A DNA stretch of 63,422 nt, filler included, from Olpidium bornovanus S191 (lineage: Eukaryota > Fungi > Olpidiomycota): NCBI GenBank assembly GCA_017911155.1. It is 29 parts of 29 records of this genome, joined end to end, with 100 filler letters (N's around TTAATTAATTAA, not from the genome) between each part and the next. Parts side by side here need not be neighbours in the genome. Positions count along the whole stretch, not along the records: positions 35,420 to 36,524 come from JAEFCI010001670.1; positions 36,625 to 37,862 come from JAEFCI010012217.1; positions 37,963 to 39,099 come from JAEFCI010006887.1; positions 39,200 to 42,696 come from JAEFCI010001357.1; positions 42,797 to 52,615 come from JAEFCI010003067.1; 24 more parts are not named here. The stretch is one strand, 5' to 3'. A program made the position numbers and the translations under genes. The notes under the pieces are model-generated. The model was not told the DNA's origin and ran no database searches. It was given only the letters and a program-made list of their open reading frames with translations. Below are positions 36,077-47,717 of this stretch, piece by piece; position 1 is the stretch's first letter; the number at the start of each line of letters is the position of its first letter.

Positions 36077-38698
36077 CTACGGGACGGCGGGAGAATCGCC
36101 GGTTGAGCGACAGCGGGTCAGCTTGAGGGGAAAAAGGAAGACACCCGACGAAAAAACCAACGAACAGGCCCGAAGAAGTTGCTCCGGCGTCACACTAACA
36201 CAAAAAGTTCGCGCCACAGCCTGGGACCGGAAGGGCGGGCTCCCGCGTTCCGCTTTCGTCCGCAGCTCGCGACAAAAGCGTGAACCGCGTTATTCCGCGC
36301 CCCCCGTGGGAGCGCGGCGGGGAGGGCAGGTTTTATCGCGCTGCCAAAAACGCGCCGTGTTCCGCCGTTTTTCCGGCGTGGTACTCACATGGATGGCGGC
36401 ATCACTCTCGTTCGGGCGCGGCTAAGTGGCGGGAAATGATGTTTCCGGGCGGGGGGCGGCGGAAGGCGGCGCGGGGGCAGGGAAATTTTTTTTTCTTTTT
36501 TTTTTTTTTTTTTTTTTGTCGGAGNNNNNNNNNNNNNNNNNNNNNNNNNNNNNNNNNNNNNNNNNNNNTTAATTAATTAANNNNNNNNNNNNNNNNNNNN
36601 NNNNNNNNNNNNNNNNNNNNNNNNCCAGCGCGCGTCGCGCGCGGAAGATTACACGTCAACGGAGCGCTTTTACTTCGCACGAACGCGCGGACGTCTCCGC
36701 GCATCTTCGATTGCAAATCGACGTAGGTATATAAATAATAACATGAGATGCGGCAAGAAGGGCCCACGGCCGGGCTTTATGTAAAGAAAAAACTATCCTT
36801 CGATTGGCCGGAGGCCTTTTCATTATGGATACCTACGGAGATACCTACCCATTGCGCGCGAAAGTATTCCCCAGTCCATTGGCGCGATGCGGTTACTTTC
36901 TTGGAAGTCTTGCCCATGCGGATGATCAGGCAATATGCTTCTCCGCCGCCTGCCGCTAGACATAGAGAATAGAGTGGCCATGACCGACGCGTGACTAGGA
37001 TTAGGCTTTGGGTTTTTAACCGCCGGGGCGCAGATGCGAAGTTCATCTTTCCGTTTGTTGTGTTCCCGCGTGTGTCCGTGCGCGCGCGCGTGTGTGTCGG
37101 GTGTGTGTGTTTGAGGGCGGTGTGGAAGCTGCAAATGGGGAAAGAGCGAAAATGTAAAAGAGCATTTTTTTAGGCCGGCGTAGACGCAAAAAAGGGCCGG
37201 GAAACCCGTTGCAGTGCGGTGGGGGTGCTCTGCGCAGCAATAAAAGTCCCTTCTCTCTCGCTCGGCCCCGAGTCGCGTCGACAACGATAAACGGCTGTCG
37301 TTTTGCGCGCGTTTTGAGCCGCCGAGAAATCCCGAAAAAATGCGCGCGTCGCAATGCCCACTGTTCGTTCCTCTTTTTTCCATTCATTTTTTTTCTCTCT
37401 CTTCTTTTTTTAGGTTGTTGCTTCTCTGCTTTTATTCCCCTTCTTCCTTCTACCCCGTCCCCCCTCCTTCTCAAACTCCTCCGTATTCTCCTCCTCGTCT
37501 TTCTCCTGCTGGTTCTGGCGCGTGACAGCCGCTTGTGGGGGGGGGTCCTCCGAGGGGCGTTCAGGCCTGCTTCCGCTTCGGGTTCTGCGGAGACTCTTTC
37601 CACATCTTCGCGACCCTGCGGGGTCGGGGCGAGTTCGCGTCTGTCAGTTCAACAAGGTTCGAGGCGCGGCAGACGGAAAACAGTTCGTTTCGTTTCCCCC
37701 GGGGTCGCGAACGCTTACGCGGCAAACGCATCGCTGTGCTTTATGCTTGGATGGGAAGCTTTGTACGCCGGCAGTTGTTCCTGCAAGGAAGCACAAGCTG
37801 TGAGACCTCCGGCGGCTTGCGGAAGGGGCGAGGTGGGGGGGGGGGGGGGGGGGGCAAAAGGCNNNNNNNNNNNNNNNNNNNNNNNNNNNNNNNNNNNNNN
37901 NNNNNNTTAATTAATTAANNNNNNNNNNNNNNNNNNNNNNNNNNNNNNNNNNNNNNNNNNNNCATGCCAACCAAGAACATCGACTTAATGCCATATGTTC
38001 GAGGTTTAAATTCGTGAATGGCAACTTTGAACATCCGCTTAAACAAATGTCCGGATTTGCGGGAAGGGCACCTTTTTGCGACACGAGAAATTACTCGCGA
38101 CCAAGGGCACATAGCGCAAAGTCAAAAAAAGAAAATCGCTGACGCGAACGCACGCACAAACAACTTTGCTCCCGCCGTTGTCAGACTGCGCCGGCATCCT
38201 CGCCACGCCTTGGAATGGCGGCGGGCAAGTTCATCTACTGCCGCCCATTCCCCGGGCGCCATCGCCGCTCTCGAGAGAGGGTGAAAGGCGGTCGGAGAAA
38301 GGAGGGCACTCATCCCTTTACGGATGCGGCGGCTTCGCGTCATCAGCCAACGTGAAAGGTGTGTCTAATTTGAAGAAAAAAGACTGGTGACTGACTATAG
38401 AAAAGATCCTAAAAAGTACAGTCGATGGGGAACGGGAAAGTTCGGGCGGACGCTGGCCTCTATTTATACCCCGCCCCCCCCTCCCCCCGGCCTTCTGTCG
38501 AAGTCGCCCCCCCATCCCTCTCCGCTCTCCCCCGGGAGGAATTTGTTTTGGTTTGCGTCGCTTCCGGTGGTGCTTTTGTCAGTTTACTTCGTGGCCTACC
38601 AAAGGGGCAAACTGCGCAATCCGCAGAAAGAAAAATGGAGAAGGGTGCGGCGGCGGGCGGCGAAGAGGGGAGGGGAGGGTTGCTTCGAATCTTGACAT

Positions 38699-38776
38699 CC
38701 CCCCTCTCCGCCCTCGTCCCGTCCTCCCCCTCTCCGCCTTCGTCCCGTCCTCCCCCTCTCCGCCCTCGTCCTGTCC
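38699..38776 (+). repeat. 26-bp pyrimidine-rich tandem repeat x3
   Basis: Unit TCCCCCTCTCCGCCCTCGTCCCGTCC repeated three times with single mismatches. Confidence 0.85.
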
Positions 38777-39199
38777 TTCCCAACCCCTGCCCGCAGCGCT
38801 TTTGGGCCCTTAACCTTCCCGCCGCATGCCAAAACCCGCTTCCGGGATCCCCTCCCTCCCAGGGCCCCTCTCTGCGGTGGCGGGAAGGCCACCTTTCGTG
38901 CGCGGGAGGAAGAATATTCGGGTGAGCCGAGCTCTCTTCTCCCTGCCCCAGGGGCTCGGGCTGGCGTACCCTCTCTTCCCTGCGGACTCACGCACCCTCC
39001 CTACCTTCCCCACCGCATGAGGCAACAGGGTTTGCGGGCACAACCTGCGGGAGATTTTCCTGTTACATAACCATATATTTTGCGGCCGGCAAGGGAGGGN
39101 NNNNNNNNNNNNNNNNNNNNNNNNNNNNNNNNNNNNNNNNNNNTTAATTAATTAANNNNNNNNNNNNNNNNNNNNNNNNNNNNNNNNNNNNNNNNNNNN

Positions 39200-42100
39200 A
39201 GTCGTTCCCTCCTTACTCTTCTTCTTCTTCTTTTTCTTCGCCTCCGCGTAAACTATCGGGGCATCCTGCAGCTGCGTCAAATTCTGGAGAAAAAGGACGA
39301 CAGAGTGAAGCGGGCGCATGAGACGCAATAACTGCCGCAAGTAACCGAAAGGAACGTCGGAAAGGGGCATCGGCGCGAAGTGTGCAAACCTCAGGCCACC
39401 CGCGAGCATCCCGCGGCTCGTGCGCGATATCCTGCAACTGCAGAGTCCGGTCAGGCGGCTGGTCCAATCTAAAACTCAGGGAAGGCGCTGGAGGTTGGTG
39501 CTTTCACAAGGTCGAAGAGGGGGCGCGAACGCGACAGGAAACGCGAGAGGTATCGTCAGCATCGACCACGCCCAGAGGCCAATCGGTTCTCCGGCGCCCA
39601 GAAAATGTCGGCCTTTTTTGTTTTCTTTGAGCGATTTGTTTTTAAACCGCACTTACGGTCTGGAAGGGCGCTGGGAGCGGCGGCACTGGCGGTCTCTGGA
39701 ATTCCACGTTCTTCAGCGCAGTGTGGTTGACATCTAGTACGTCTCTCTTCTTCTTCTTCTTCCTCCTGCTGGCGTGCTCGCTACCCCCGTACTTCGTGTC
39801 CTTCTTGCCCGCGGTCCCAGCAGCCGGCGGGCCGTCCGGCTCCTCATTTGAGAAGACGGCGTTTTCGGGCATCTCGTACGTGCGGTCGATCTCCACGGGC
39901 GGAGGGGACGGAGACGAGGTTCGGCGCTGCTGAATCGGTGACCAGCCGAATCCTAAAATTAAAATGTGTGTGTATCAGCTGACGAATCAAAGCAACGCGG
40001 GCGTAGAGACGACAGGCTGCAGTCACCGCGAGGAACAAAAAAAAAACAGCGCAAGGCTAGGGCAGATGCCCATCAACGTACTGTTATCTGGGCTGTCCAG
40101 AGTAAGCTGCACAATTGGGATATCGTCGACCGAGCTGTAACCCTGGTCTCCAACGTCGCGGCCCGTCTCGCCACACGGAAGATAGAACGGACCATTCCTC
40201 ATGCGCAGCTTGCGTTGCTGGATTGGGTACGGAACTTGAATCAGTTCGTAATTCAAACGCTGGAAAAACAAACAGTTGCGCCGCTCCTCAGGGAGCGGCC
40301 AAACCAAGAATAAAAGTACCTGCTCAGTCTCTCCCCTCCGCCCTCCGGCACCCACGTCAATCCCGCCACCCTCAAACATGATGTCGCCCCAACCAGCGTT
40401 CGTACTGACAAAGCCGAACGCCTCGGGTACGTGCGCAGGCGCATGTCCCGCGTCCGCGGCCTCGGGATGAATCCACACCGAAAGATCAAGGCCATCTGGA
40501 ACGGGGACCTTGCTCTGGGCCCGCGGAGCTACGGGGTTGAGCTCCGCTGAGAAAAAAAGCGGCCGGAAGGACGTGAACCGGGCGGTCAACGCCGCGGTCG
40601 ACGGGATAGCGCATCCCAGCTCGGACGGGGGCTGAAGATTCGCGAGAACTAGGCGCGTGACCACGGCGGCCGAGCACGCCTGGTAAAGCAAAAATCCATT
40701 AAATTTTGGGTCGGGTAAGGCAACGCGATTTAATACATAATAACAAATCTGTTGCTCTCCGGCCTCACCCTTTCTTGTACTTCGATATGTTCGCTGACGG
40801 TGAACGGCACCAGCCCTTCCGACAGGAATCTGCCGACGTGCGTGACTTCCTCTACAAGATCTTGGTAGGCGTATCCCAGCGTGCCAAGCCAGTGAATGAA
40901 TATCTTGAGGGCGTTATGGACGAAAACTTGCTGGACGGATCCTGGCAGGTCAAGGACCTCGGGTTTCATTAGGTAGGTGATGACCTGCGTGGGGTCCGAC
41001 AAGAGTCTTTGTTGATGGCAAACAAATGCAAGGATATGAATCAAAGGCTTCGAATGCGGCTGGCGCCGCCAAGGACAAAGGAAGCAAGGGAAGCATACCC
41101 GCAATATTCCCCGCAAATCCACGCGGCCGCTTCCAGAATTGGAGGAATTGACGCGCACTTGACTGTAGCCTCGAAGAGCGAGGCGTCCGCCAGAACTTGC
41201 GTCTGGAAAGGTGAGTTCGTCGCGTTCAAGCGCAAACATTTCACGGCAGAATTCGAATTAAGGTCACGTCGAGCAGAAAGAACAAACCCCACACAAACCA
41301 ACATCTTCGCCAAACAACCTACCATAAGCTTGACCGCCGTGCTCCGGGCGCTCTTGACGCGGACGGCAACGTCCATCAACTGGCCAGAGATGAGCGGACC
41401 GAGCTCGGGGGACGGGTTTTGCGACGCGGCGCGCGCGAGCTCGACAAGGACGGCGAGATACCAGTCGAAACTGCTGACAAAAGCATAGCCGTCGGCCGAG
41501 CACGCGCAAATCACGCATCGGATAATGTCCGCGCGGAACGCGGCTTCCAGGAATGTGGACGATGGCACTTCGTGCTGATCGTGCCGGGACCGCGGCAGGG
41601 CCGTGTCCCCCTTGACCAACAGCAGAGACTCCACGGCGGTGGGCGAAGGGGACGGGGGGACGGGCCGCAAGTGGTTGGTCAGGTGCTTGATAACCTCGGG
41701 AAGATTCCTGCGTGTCACCATCCCCGAGACGAGGTCTAGCGCGCGGGCACGGATGCTGTAATCAGGGTCGTCCACGCAGTGCAGCACGATGTCCCTGTGC
41801 TCCGCGATAAGGTCCGGGTGGATGTCCAGGATCTTCCCCAGAGCAAGCAGCCCGATATATTTCAGGTTCTGATCTGCGTCCTCAAGGAACCGCCGGAGCT
41901 TGTCCACACACATCCGCGCCAGCTCATCGCCGCCCCCCCTGACGTTCAGCATTCCGCTGGATATGACGGTGAGGACGCACTCGTACAGGAGAGACATCGC
42001 CGGCGTTGTCCTGATGATGTTGGTAATCGGAGGCATCAGCTTTTTCGCTAAACGCGGCTCGAGCGGGGGAAGCGCGCGGAACTGGAATATTCGTTACTGT

Positions 42101-42638
42101 TTTTAGCCGCGGCGACAACGAGTCTTCTCCCCAGGCGAAAGCCGATTCGCCTACCCACCAGCTTGATAACTTTGATAAGCATCCAGTTGTTTGCACTACT
42201 AGTAAGTAGGGCAAACATGTGCGGCGCCAGCCCTAAGTAGTTTGCAGGATTATGGCAAGCTAGCTCGCAAATAACGTTGATGGTCGCGGAGACAACGGCT
42301 GGTCGGCGCGCAAATCATTTGCTTCGTCAGTTCGGGTGATTAGGGGCAAATTGGCGTGCGGCATTTCACCTCGCCGAGCCGCCGAGAATTCAACGTATAC
42401 CTGGATCAGGATCGTCCAGAAGCTCCTTCACCTTCGGCCATGCCGTGATCAACAGGTCGGGGTGCTTCAGGGAGGCTTTATATAAAGCAAGCACGGCGCG
42501 TTTTCGCACGTACGGCCGGGAGTGGTGCAACAAGCCGACCAGTTCCTGGCTCAAATCGCGGCCCAGGTCTGGCGTCATGATTCCTGCCAGCCCAGTTACT
42601 GCCAAGCCAACCTCCAAATAGTTCGACGAGGCAAGATC
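39200..42638 (-). CDS. AP3D1: AP-3 adaptor complex subunit delta (both ends truncated)
   Basis: YLEVGLAVTGLAGIMTPDLGRDL...HSRPYVRKRAVLALYK...LLDDPDP; PLEPRLAKKLMPPITNIIRTTPAMSLLYECV; KLRRFLEDADQNLKYIGLLALGKI...DYSIRARALDLVSGMV; FDWYLAVLVELA; LLEAAAWICGEY; VSEHIEVQER; VPVPDGLDLSVWIHP. Confidence 0.95.
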
Positions 42639-42796
42639 CTAAATCGCGGCCGGAAAGCGTTCTTCAACTCCTGCACAGCGACAATGTGTACCCTCGNNNN
42701 NNNNNNNNNNNNNNNNNNNNNNNNNNNNNNNNNNNNNNNNTTAATTAATTAANNNNNNNNNNNNNNNNNNNNNNNNNNNNNNNNNNNNNNNNNNNN

Positions 42797-44595
42797 CCAT
42801 GTATCCATCCCGTCTATCTTGTGCACGAACGGCGCGCGAAGCGTGTAGCGACCCTTCCCCTTGCCGTCGGCCTGCTTCGGCACCCGAACGACCTCGTCGA
42901 GCGGCATATTATACCCTAGGTAACAAGTGTAGTTCCAGCCACCGTAAAGTGGATATCGTGGCCGCAGCTGGAGGAGCGACCGGTCACGGACACTCTCCAG
43001 GCGAAAGTTCGATGTCGACACGTTGCCAATCTCATCGCGGTAGTACGGATTTCGGGCAGAGAGCGGGAGAACCAGGTTTAGCGACTGGACAACCGACGTA
43101 AGATGCTGCACGTGCGAGTACAACTGGTAGTCCACCCGGCGGAATTGTCCCTTCAGCCTAGTCGGGAGGATATGATTAGAGTGTGCGGGGCGGTAGTGGA
43201 AGCACTCCAAACATAACCATACAAATTTGGAACGAAGTGTGGAACTTTATTATGCGTATCGGTTTCCGCATTAATACGAGTTTAACCCCTAGAATGTACC
43301 TTGGCCCGACGTGAACAAAATGGTAGTGCTCCTCGACGGCAGCATTGCCGCCCCAATGCGAGATCTCGATTTCGCGCAGCAGGCTCTTGGCGGCAACAAT
43401 GCCCTTCAGGCTCTCGAAATGGGTGAGCAATGGTTCCTCCGAGAACGCGCTGACATTCCCATAAGGCCCGAACGTAATCAATGATCCGGAGCGGTCAACG
43501 GGGAGCGGGCCTTGTGGAGCCGAAAGGATGGTGTCTGAAGGGAATCTTAATCGGTCGAGATGTCCACAAGTGTTATTGTCCGCGTATGAGCTCATACTCG
43601 CAACCACGGATGTCCGTAATCGATGTCCACGAGCAGAGCGCAAAGAATTAGACGTTGAATACCGTACCGGACGACTATCTTCTGCAAATTGCTCGCGTAA
43701 GGCGACATGAAGTATATGTTGCCTTCGTAGTAAAGCGTCTGACGGTCGTTCTGGTCCACTTCCAGCGGAAGCGGGTACAACAGGTCAGTAAAAGTGAAAC
43801 GAATTGTGATTGTTCTCGTCGTCGAAGGGGCTAACGGTGGGTCCAGCGTTATCTTGTAATTTTGTAGTTGCCTAAACGTAGACGGCCGAGAAACGGTTTA
43901 GAACCAAGTCACGCCACTCCGGCTATCGTATCTCGTATGCCTGTCGCGCGCTCATCACAACGGCGTTATTGAGCTTCGAGCGCACGGCGCAAATTAGGCA
44001 ACGCGCGGCGACTACCGGCCAACGCCTTTTCCTGAGACTTCACTGTCTAGGCAGCACAAAAAGCCGGTTCGCAATTTCTCACTTCTTTTGAAGGCGAATG
44101 GCGCGCGCAGCAAATGTAAACACACCTCTCGTTCTCGACACCGCCCTCCCGCATGTCCAGTTTGAGCCCGGTTTTCTTGTCCGTGCATGAAAAATGGGCG
44201 ACATTTCCCGCGCGAGCCAATGGGATCACGACGTGGTACGCGGACACCGCCTGCTTCCCCGAATTTTCGACGGCAAGGGAGATCGTCTCGCGAACGTTTC
44301 CGCCCGTGGAGAGGTCGACGGTGCGGATGAGGTTCGCGTGGAACAGCGAGCTGGCAGAAGCGGGCAGCGGCGGCGCCGCGGTTGCCGGCACGGGGCAGAC
44401 GGTGAGGAGGCCGAGGACGACCGCTGCGACACACCGCAGGATCGCCGCAGCCTGGGGTCGCAGCCCCAGCAAGGGCAAAGCGTGGCTTCTCCGCTTGACA
44501 CCCCCGTCCCGCTGGGCCGCAGTGTCCGTCCGCGGCGGCGGTTCTCCGGGGGCTCCTGTCAACATCGCTCGGTCTTCCCCACGCCGAGACGTCAT
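42797..44595 (-). CDS. OST1: Oligosaccharyltransferase subunit ribophorin I (3' truncated)
   Basis: Signal-like hydrophobic segment, NLIRTVDLS, YPLPLEVDQNDRQTLYY, ITFGPYGNV, SLLREIEISHWGGNAAVEEHY, YYRDEIGNVSTS and LQLRPRYPLYGGWNY, all Ribophorin_I signatures. Confidence 0.95.
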
Positions 44596-47412
44596 CTCCG
44601 CGCGGTTTCGTTCGCGCGCGCTCCGTGTGCGTCTGCAGACGGGAAGAGCGGGGGGCGTTTCCGAGCGGGGTCCATCGCGGGAAGAAATACAGTTGATGGG
44701 AAAAAAAAATGATTTGAGGCAATTCGACTCCGCTTGGGGCTCTTGCCAGCTGAAGACGCGCCCCGCGCAGCAAAAGCCTCGCGGTTGCAGCGGCGCTGCC
44801 TGCCCGAAGGTCCAATTCCTGCGGGTTCTTGGCTCCGGCCTGCGACGCGCTCCGTCACGCAGGTTCCGAAGTATGGGGCGAAAGGAGGCGACGTTTGGTC
44901 GACGAAAACCAATCAACAGGTCGCAACGAACCCTGCCGCAGCTCGCTTGCCGTGCGCCTATTCCGCGGAGCTTGCGTCACCATCAATTCCGCCAGGGACA
45001 GCCGGCAACAGCTCCTCACAGGGTTTCTCTACCTGGCGAAGGAAAGCTCGGAAGTCTGACAACCTTGACTCGCATCTTAGATTCACTACACCACGGTGAG
45101 AATTGCTCCCTCAGAATAAGCGCACCAATCTTGGGCTGAATCGGCGGCAAGTCATGCAGCGAACATTTCAGTTCTGCACAAATCCTGCAAAAACCCTGAT
45201 CGTGCAAAAAAATCCAGGCGCTCTGCGGGGAGTATTTTTGACGGCTGGCCGCGTGCCTTCTTTTCATTTTTTTGATAATTGCATTCTGCCACGAACGTTA
45301 AATCGTCTTTTGAATTCTGCGGCAAATCATGCCCCAAATCCTGCAGCAAATCCCGCTACAAATTCTGTCGTGAATTCTACTGCGAATCCTGCCACACATT
45401 GTGCAGCAGTCCTGTGATGTACCCGCAGCAAAATTCAGTTGCGGATTTTGCAATAAGTTCCGCAATAATTCGGAATGATTGGAATCTTGGCGGAAACTTT
45501 TATTTAGTAAACCAGCTATTACTATCTGATTTGTATTTCACTACTACAATTATATTTTATACATATTATTGCTACAATATATTACTACTACAATTGTAGA
45601 TCATAGTATTTCGGGCCTATGATAGATTGCTAAGTTGGGCATTGTCCATAATAAGTATCGGACCAATAGGTGCGGTTTTGGCCAACGAACGATGCATGAC
45701 TGGGATTTTGTTGAAAATGTTGCGGGGACCTAGACAACGGTCAGAACGGAAGCATCAGCAGCAACGGCGAGGGCTGCAACCGCGGCAACCGGCGCAACGG
45801 CCAAAATGGTGGCAACAGGCGCAACCGCTCCAACGTTCGCAATGACGGTAACGCAACACGAGTTCGCCGATTCGGGAGATTTGAAAATTCACAGGGTTCG
45901 TGGGTTTCGCAGATTCAGAATCCCGGCGCCGGAATTGAAGCTGGAGTTGGAGCCGGGATTCGCGTATTCACGGAATTTGCAGATACGCGGGATCGGGAGG
46001 TTTGCATATTCACGGGATTCGCAGATTAGCAGGATTCATTTGGGGGGTTTGCATACTCGCGGGATTCGTATATTCGCAGGATGAACAAGTTCACAGAATT
46101 CGCAGTTCGCAGGCTTCGCAGATTCACAGATTCCAAATTCGATGGAGCCAGAACCAGAAATGAAACTGGAGCTGGAGGCGGAATTACGCCAAGTTCGCAA
46201 ATGTGGAGATTCAGATTCGATGGACTCTGGCCGGAGCTGGAACCGGAGCCTGGATTTGAAGATGTGCGTGATTCGCATATTCGGAGGTTTTACGTATTGA
46301 CGCGATCAGGGGATTTGCAGAATACACAGATTCTTAGCATTCGCCTATTTGCGAAATTGGCAGACTTAGATTCTCAGAGCCGGACCAAGAGCGACAGGCT
46401 GGAGAAACGGGTATTGCAATTTTTAGATTTATAGTATGCGCAAATTCCCCGGATTTGCGGATTAGCTGGATTCGCCGGTTTCCAAGATAGGAAGATTTAG
46501 ATTTGCGGAACCGGAACCGGAGCCGGAGCCGGAGTTGGACCCGCAGCCGGAAAAGACAGAGCCAGAACAAGCGCAAAAGCCAAAGACGGAGCCGGTATTC
46601 ACAAATTCACGGGAATAACAGATTTGTGGATTTGTCGGTTTATAGCCTTTGCAGATTCGCGGGAATTCGAAATTCAAATCACAGGTTTTGCAGATTCGCA
46701 GCAGTTTGCGGGTTTGCGGAATTCGGAAAATTGAGGGATTTTCAGGTTCGCAGGATTTGCAGATTTGCAGAATTCGCAGATTCACCTGGATTCGCAGATG
46801 TTTCACGGACGCGGACGCGGAGCTGGAACCAGAACTAAAGCAGGAGACGGATCCAGAGCAAAAGGAAGATTTGGAAGCAACCTACATAGAAAGCAGATAT
46901 GAAGGCAGATTTGGAAAGCCATCCCGGAGGGGTTTGCAAAGCAGATCTGGACGGCAGATTCCAAGGCATATCTGGAAGGCAGGTTAGGAGAGCAGGTTCA
47001 GATTCGGAGGCCAATTCAAAAAACAGATTCAGGTTGCATCCGGGAAGCAGATTTTGAAGGCAGGTTCGGAAGGCTGATTTGGAAGTCAGATTCGGAACCA
47101 GCATAATACGTAACAAGATCTGGCCCAGGATTTGCCACCCTTTGCGACCAGGATCTGCTGTACAGGATCTGCAGCAGGATTTGTAGTTTGTGGCAGGGTC
47201 GCAGCAGAAACTTATAACGTAATTTAAAATAGAATTCGATAAAATTTGTAAAGAAGTTTAAGGCAGTTTTGCAGCAAATCTCTGGTAGGGTTAACTGCAG
47301 AACTCGAGCCAGCATTCACGACAGGCGTAGCTGCAGGATCTGTAACAAACGCAGAATTCAAGGCAGATTGTCAGAATGGCTTTACCGGCCAAGCCACACA
47401 CCTGGTGAATAA

Positions 47413-47486
47413 AGGCAGATAGCTCATTCGGTTAGAGCGTCGTTCGGGGAAGGGGAAGTTCCTGAGTTCAACCCTCGGTCAGCCCA
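47413..47486 (+). tRNA. tRNA-like sequence (degenerate) inside the 5' LTR
   Basis: Full cloverleaf spacing: acceptor AGGCAGA/TCAGCCC-A (5/7 paired), D stem GCTC/GAGC, 7-nt loop CGGGGAA with a poorly paired anticodon stem, variable loop AGTTC, T arm CTGAG-TTCAACC-CTCGG, then CTTTT. Lacks U33, so it is probably not a functional tRNA. Confidence 0.65.
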
Positions 47487-47646
47487 CTTTTGATGCGCAA
47501 CAGTTTATGAGCCCAATCGTGACTTCGTTTCTCTGATTGTGGTTACGCGAGTGGCCGAGCCCCATTGACAGCAGTGCCTGAGGTGCCTAGCGCAAGGGGG
47601 GGTATTGGATTGGTTTTGCCAGGTGAGCCAGACACCTGGTGAATAG

Positions 47647-47717
47647 GGGCAGATAGCTCAGTTGGTTTGAGCGTCCCTCCAAGGGGAAGGTCCTGAGTTC
47701 AACAATCGGTTGGCCCA
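47647..47717 (+). tRNA. tRNA-like sequence (degenerate) inside the 3' LTR
   Basis: GGGCAGA-TA-GCTC-AGTTGGTTT-GAGC-G-TCCCT-CCAA-GGGGA-AGGTC-CTGAG-TTCAACA-ATCGG-TTGGCCC-A-CTTTT. A-box TAGCTCAGTTGG and B-box-like GAGTTCAA are present. The anticodon loop is shortened by 3 nt. Confidence 0.65.

Noticed and set aside
36625-39099. Short protein-like stretches in two contigs (e.g. GHLFKRMFKVAIHEFKPRTYGIKSMF, 37963-38112 minus)
   Set aside because: Too short and unassignable. They may be exon fragments but I cannot support a call.
47413-47717. Two functional tRNA genes (Pro-GGG or Trp-CCA)
   Set aside because: Copy 1 lacks U33 and has a mispaired anticodon stem. Copy 2 has a 4-nt anticodon loop. Both lie inside LTRs, so no anticodon was assigned.
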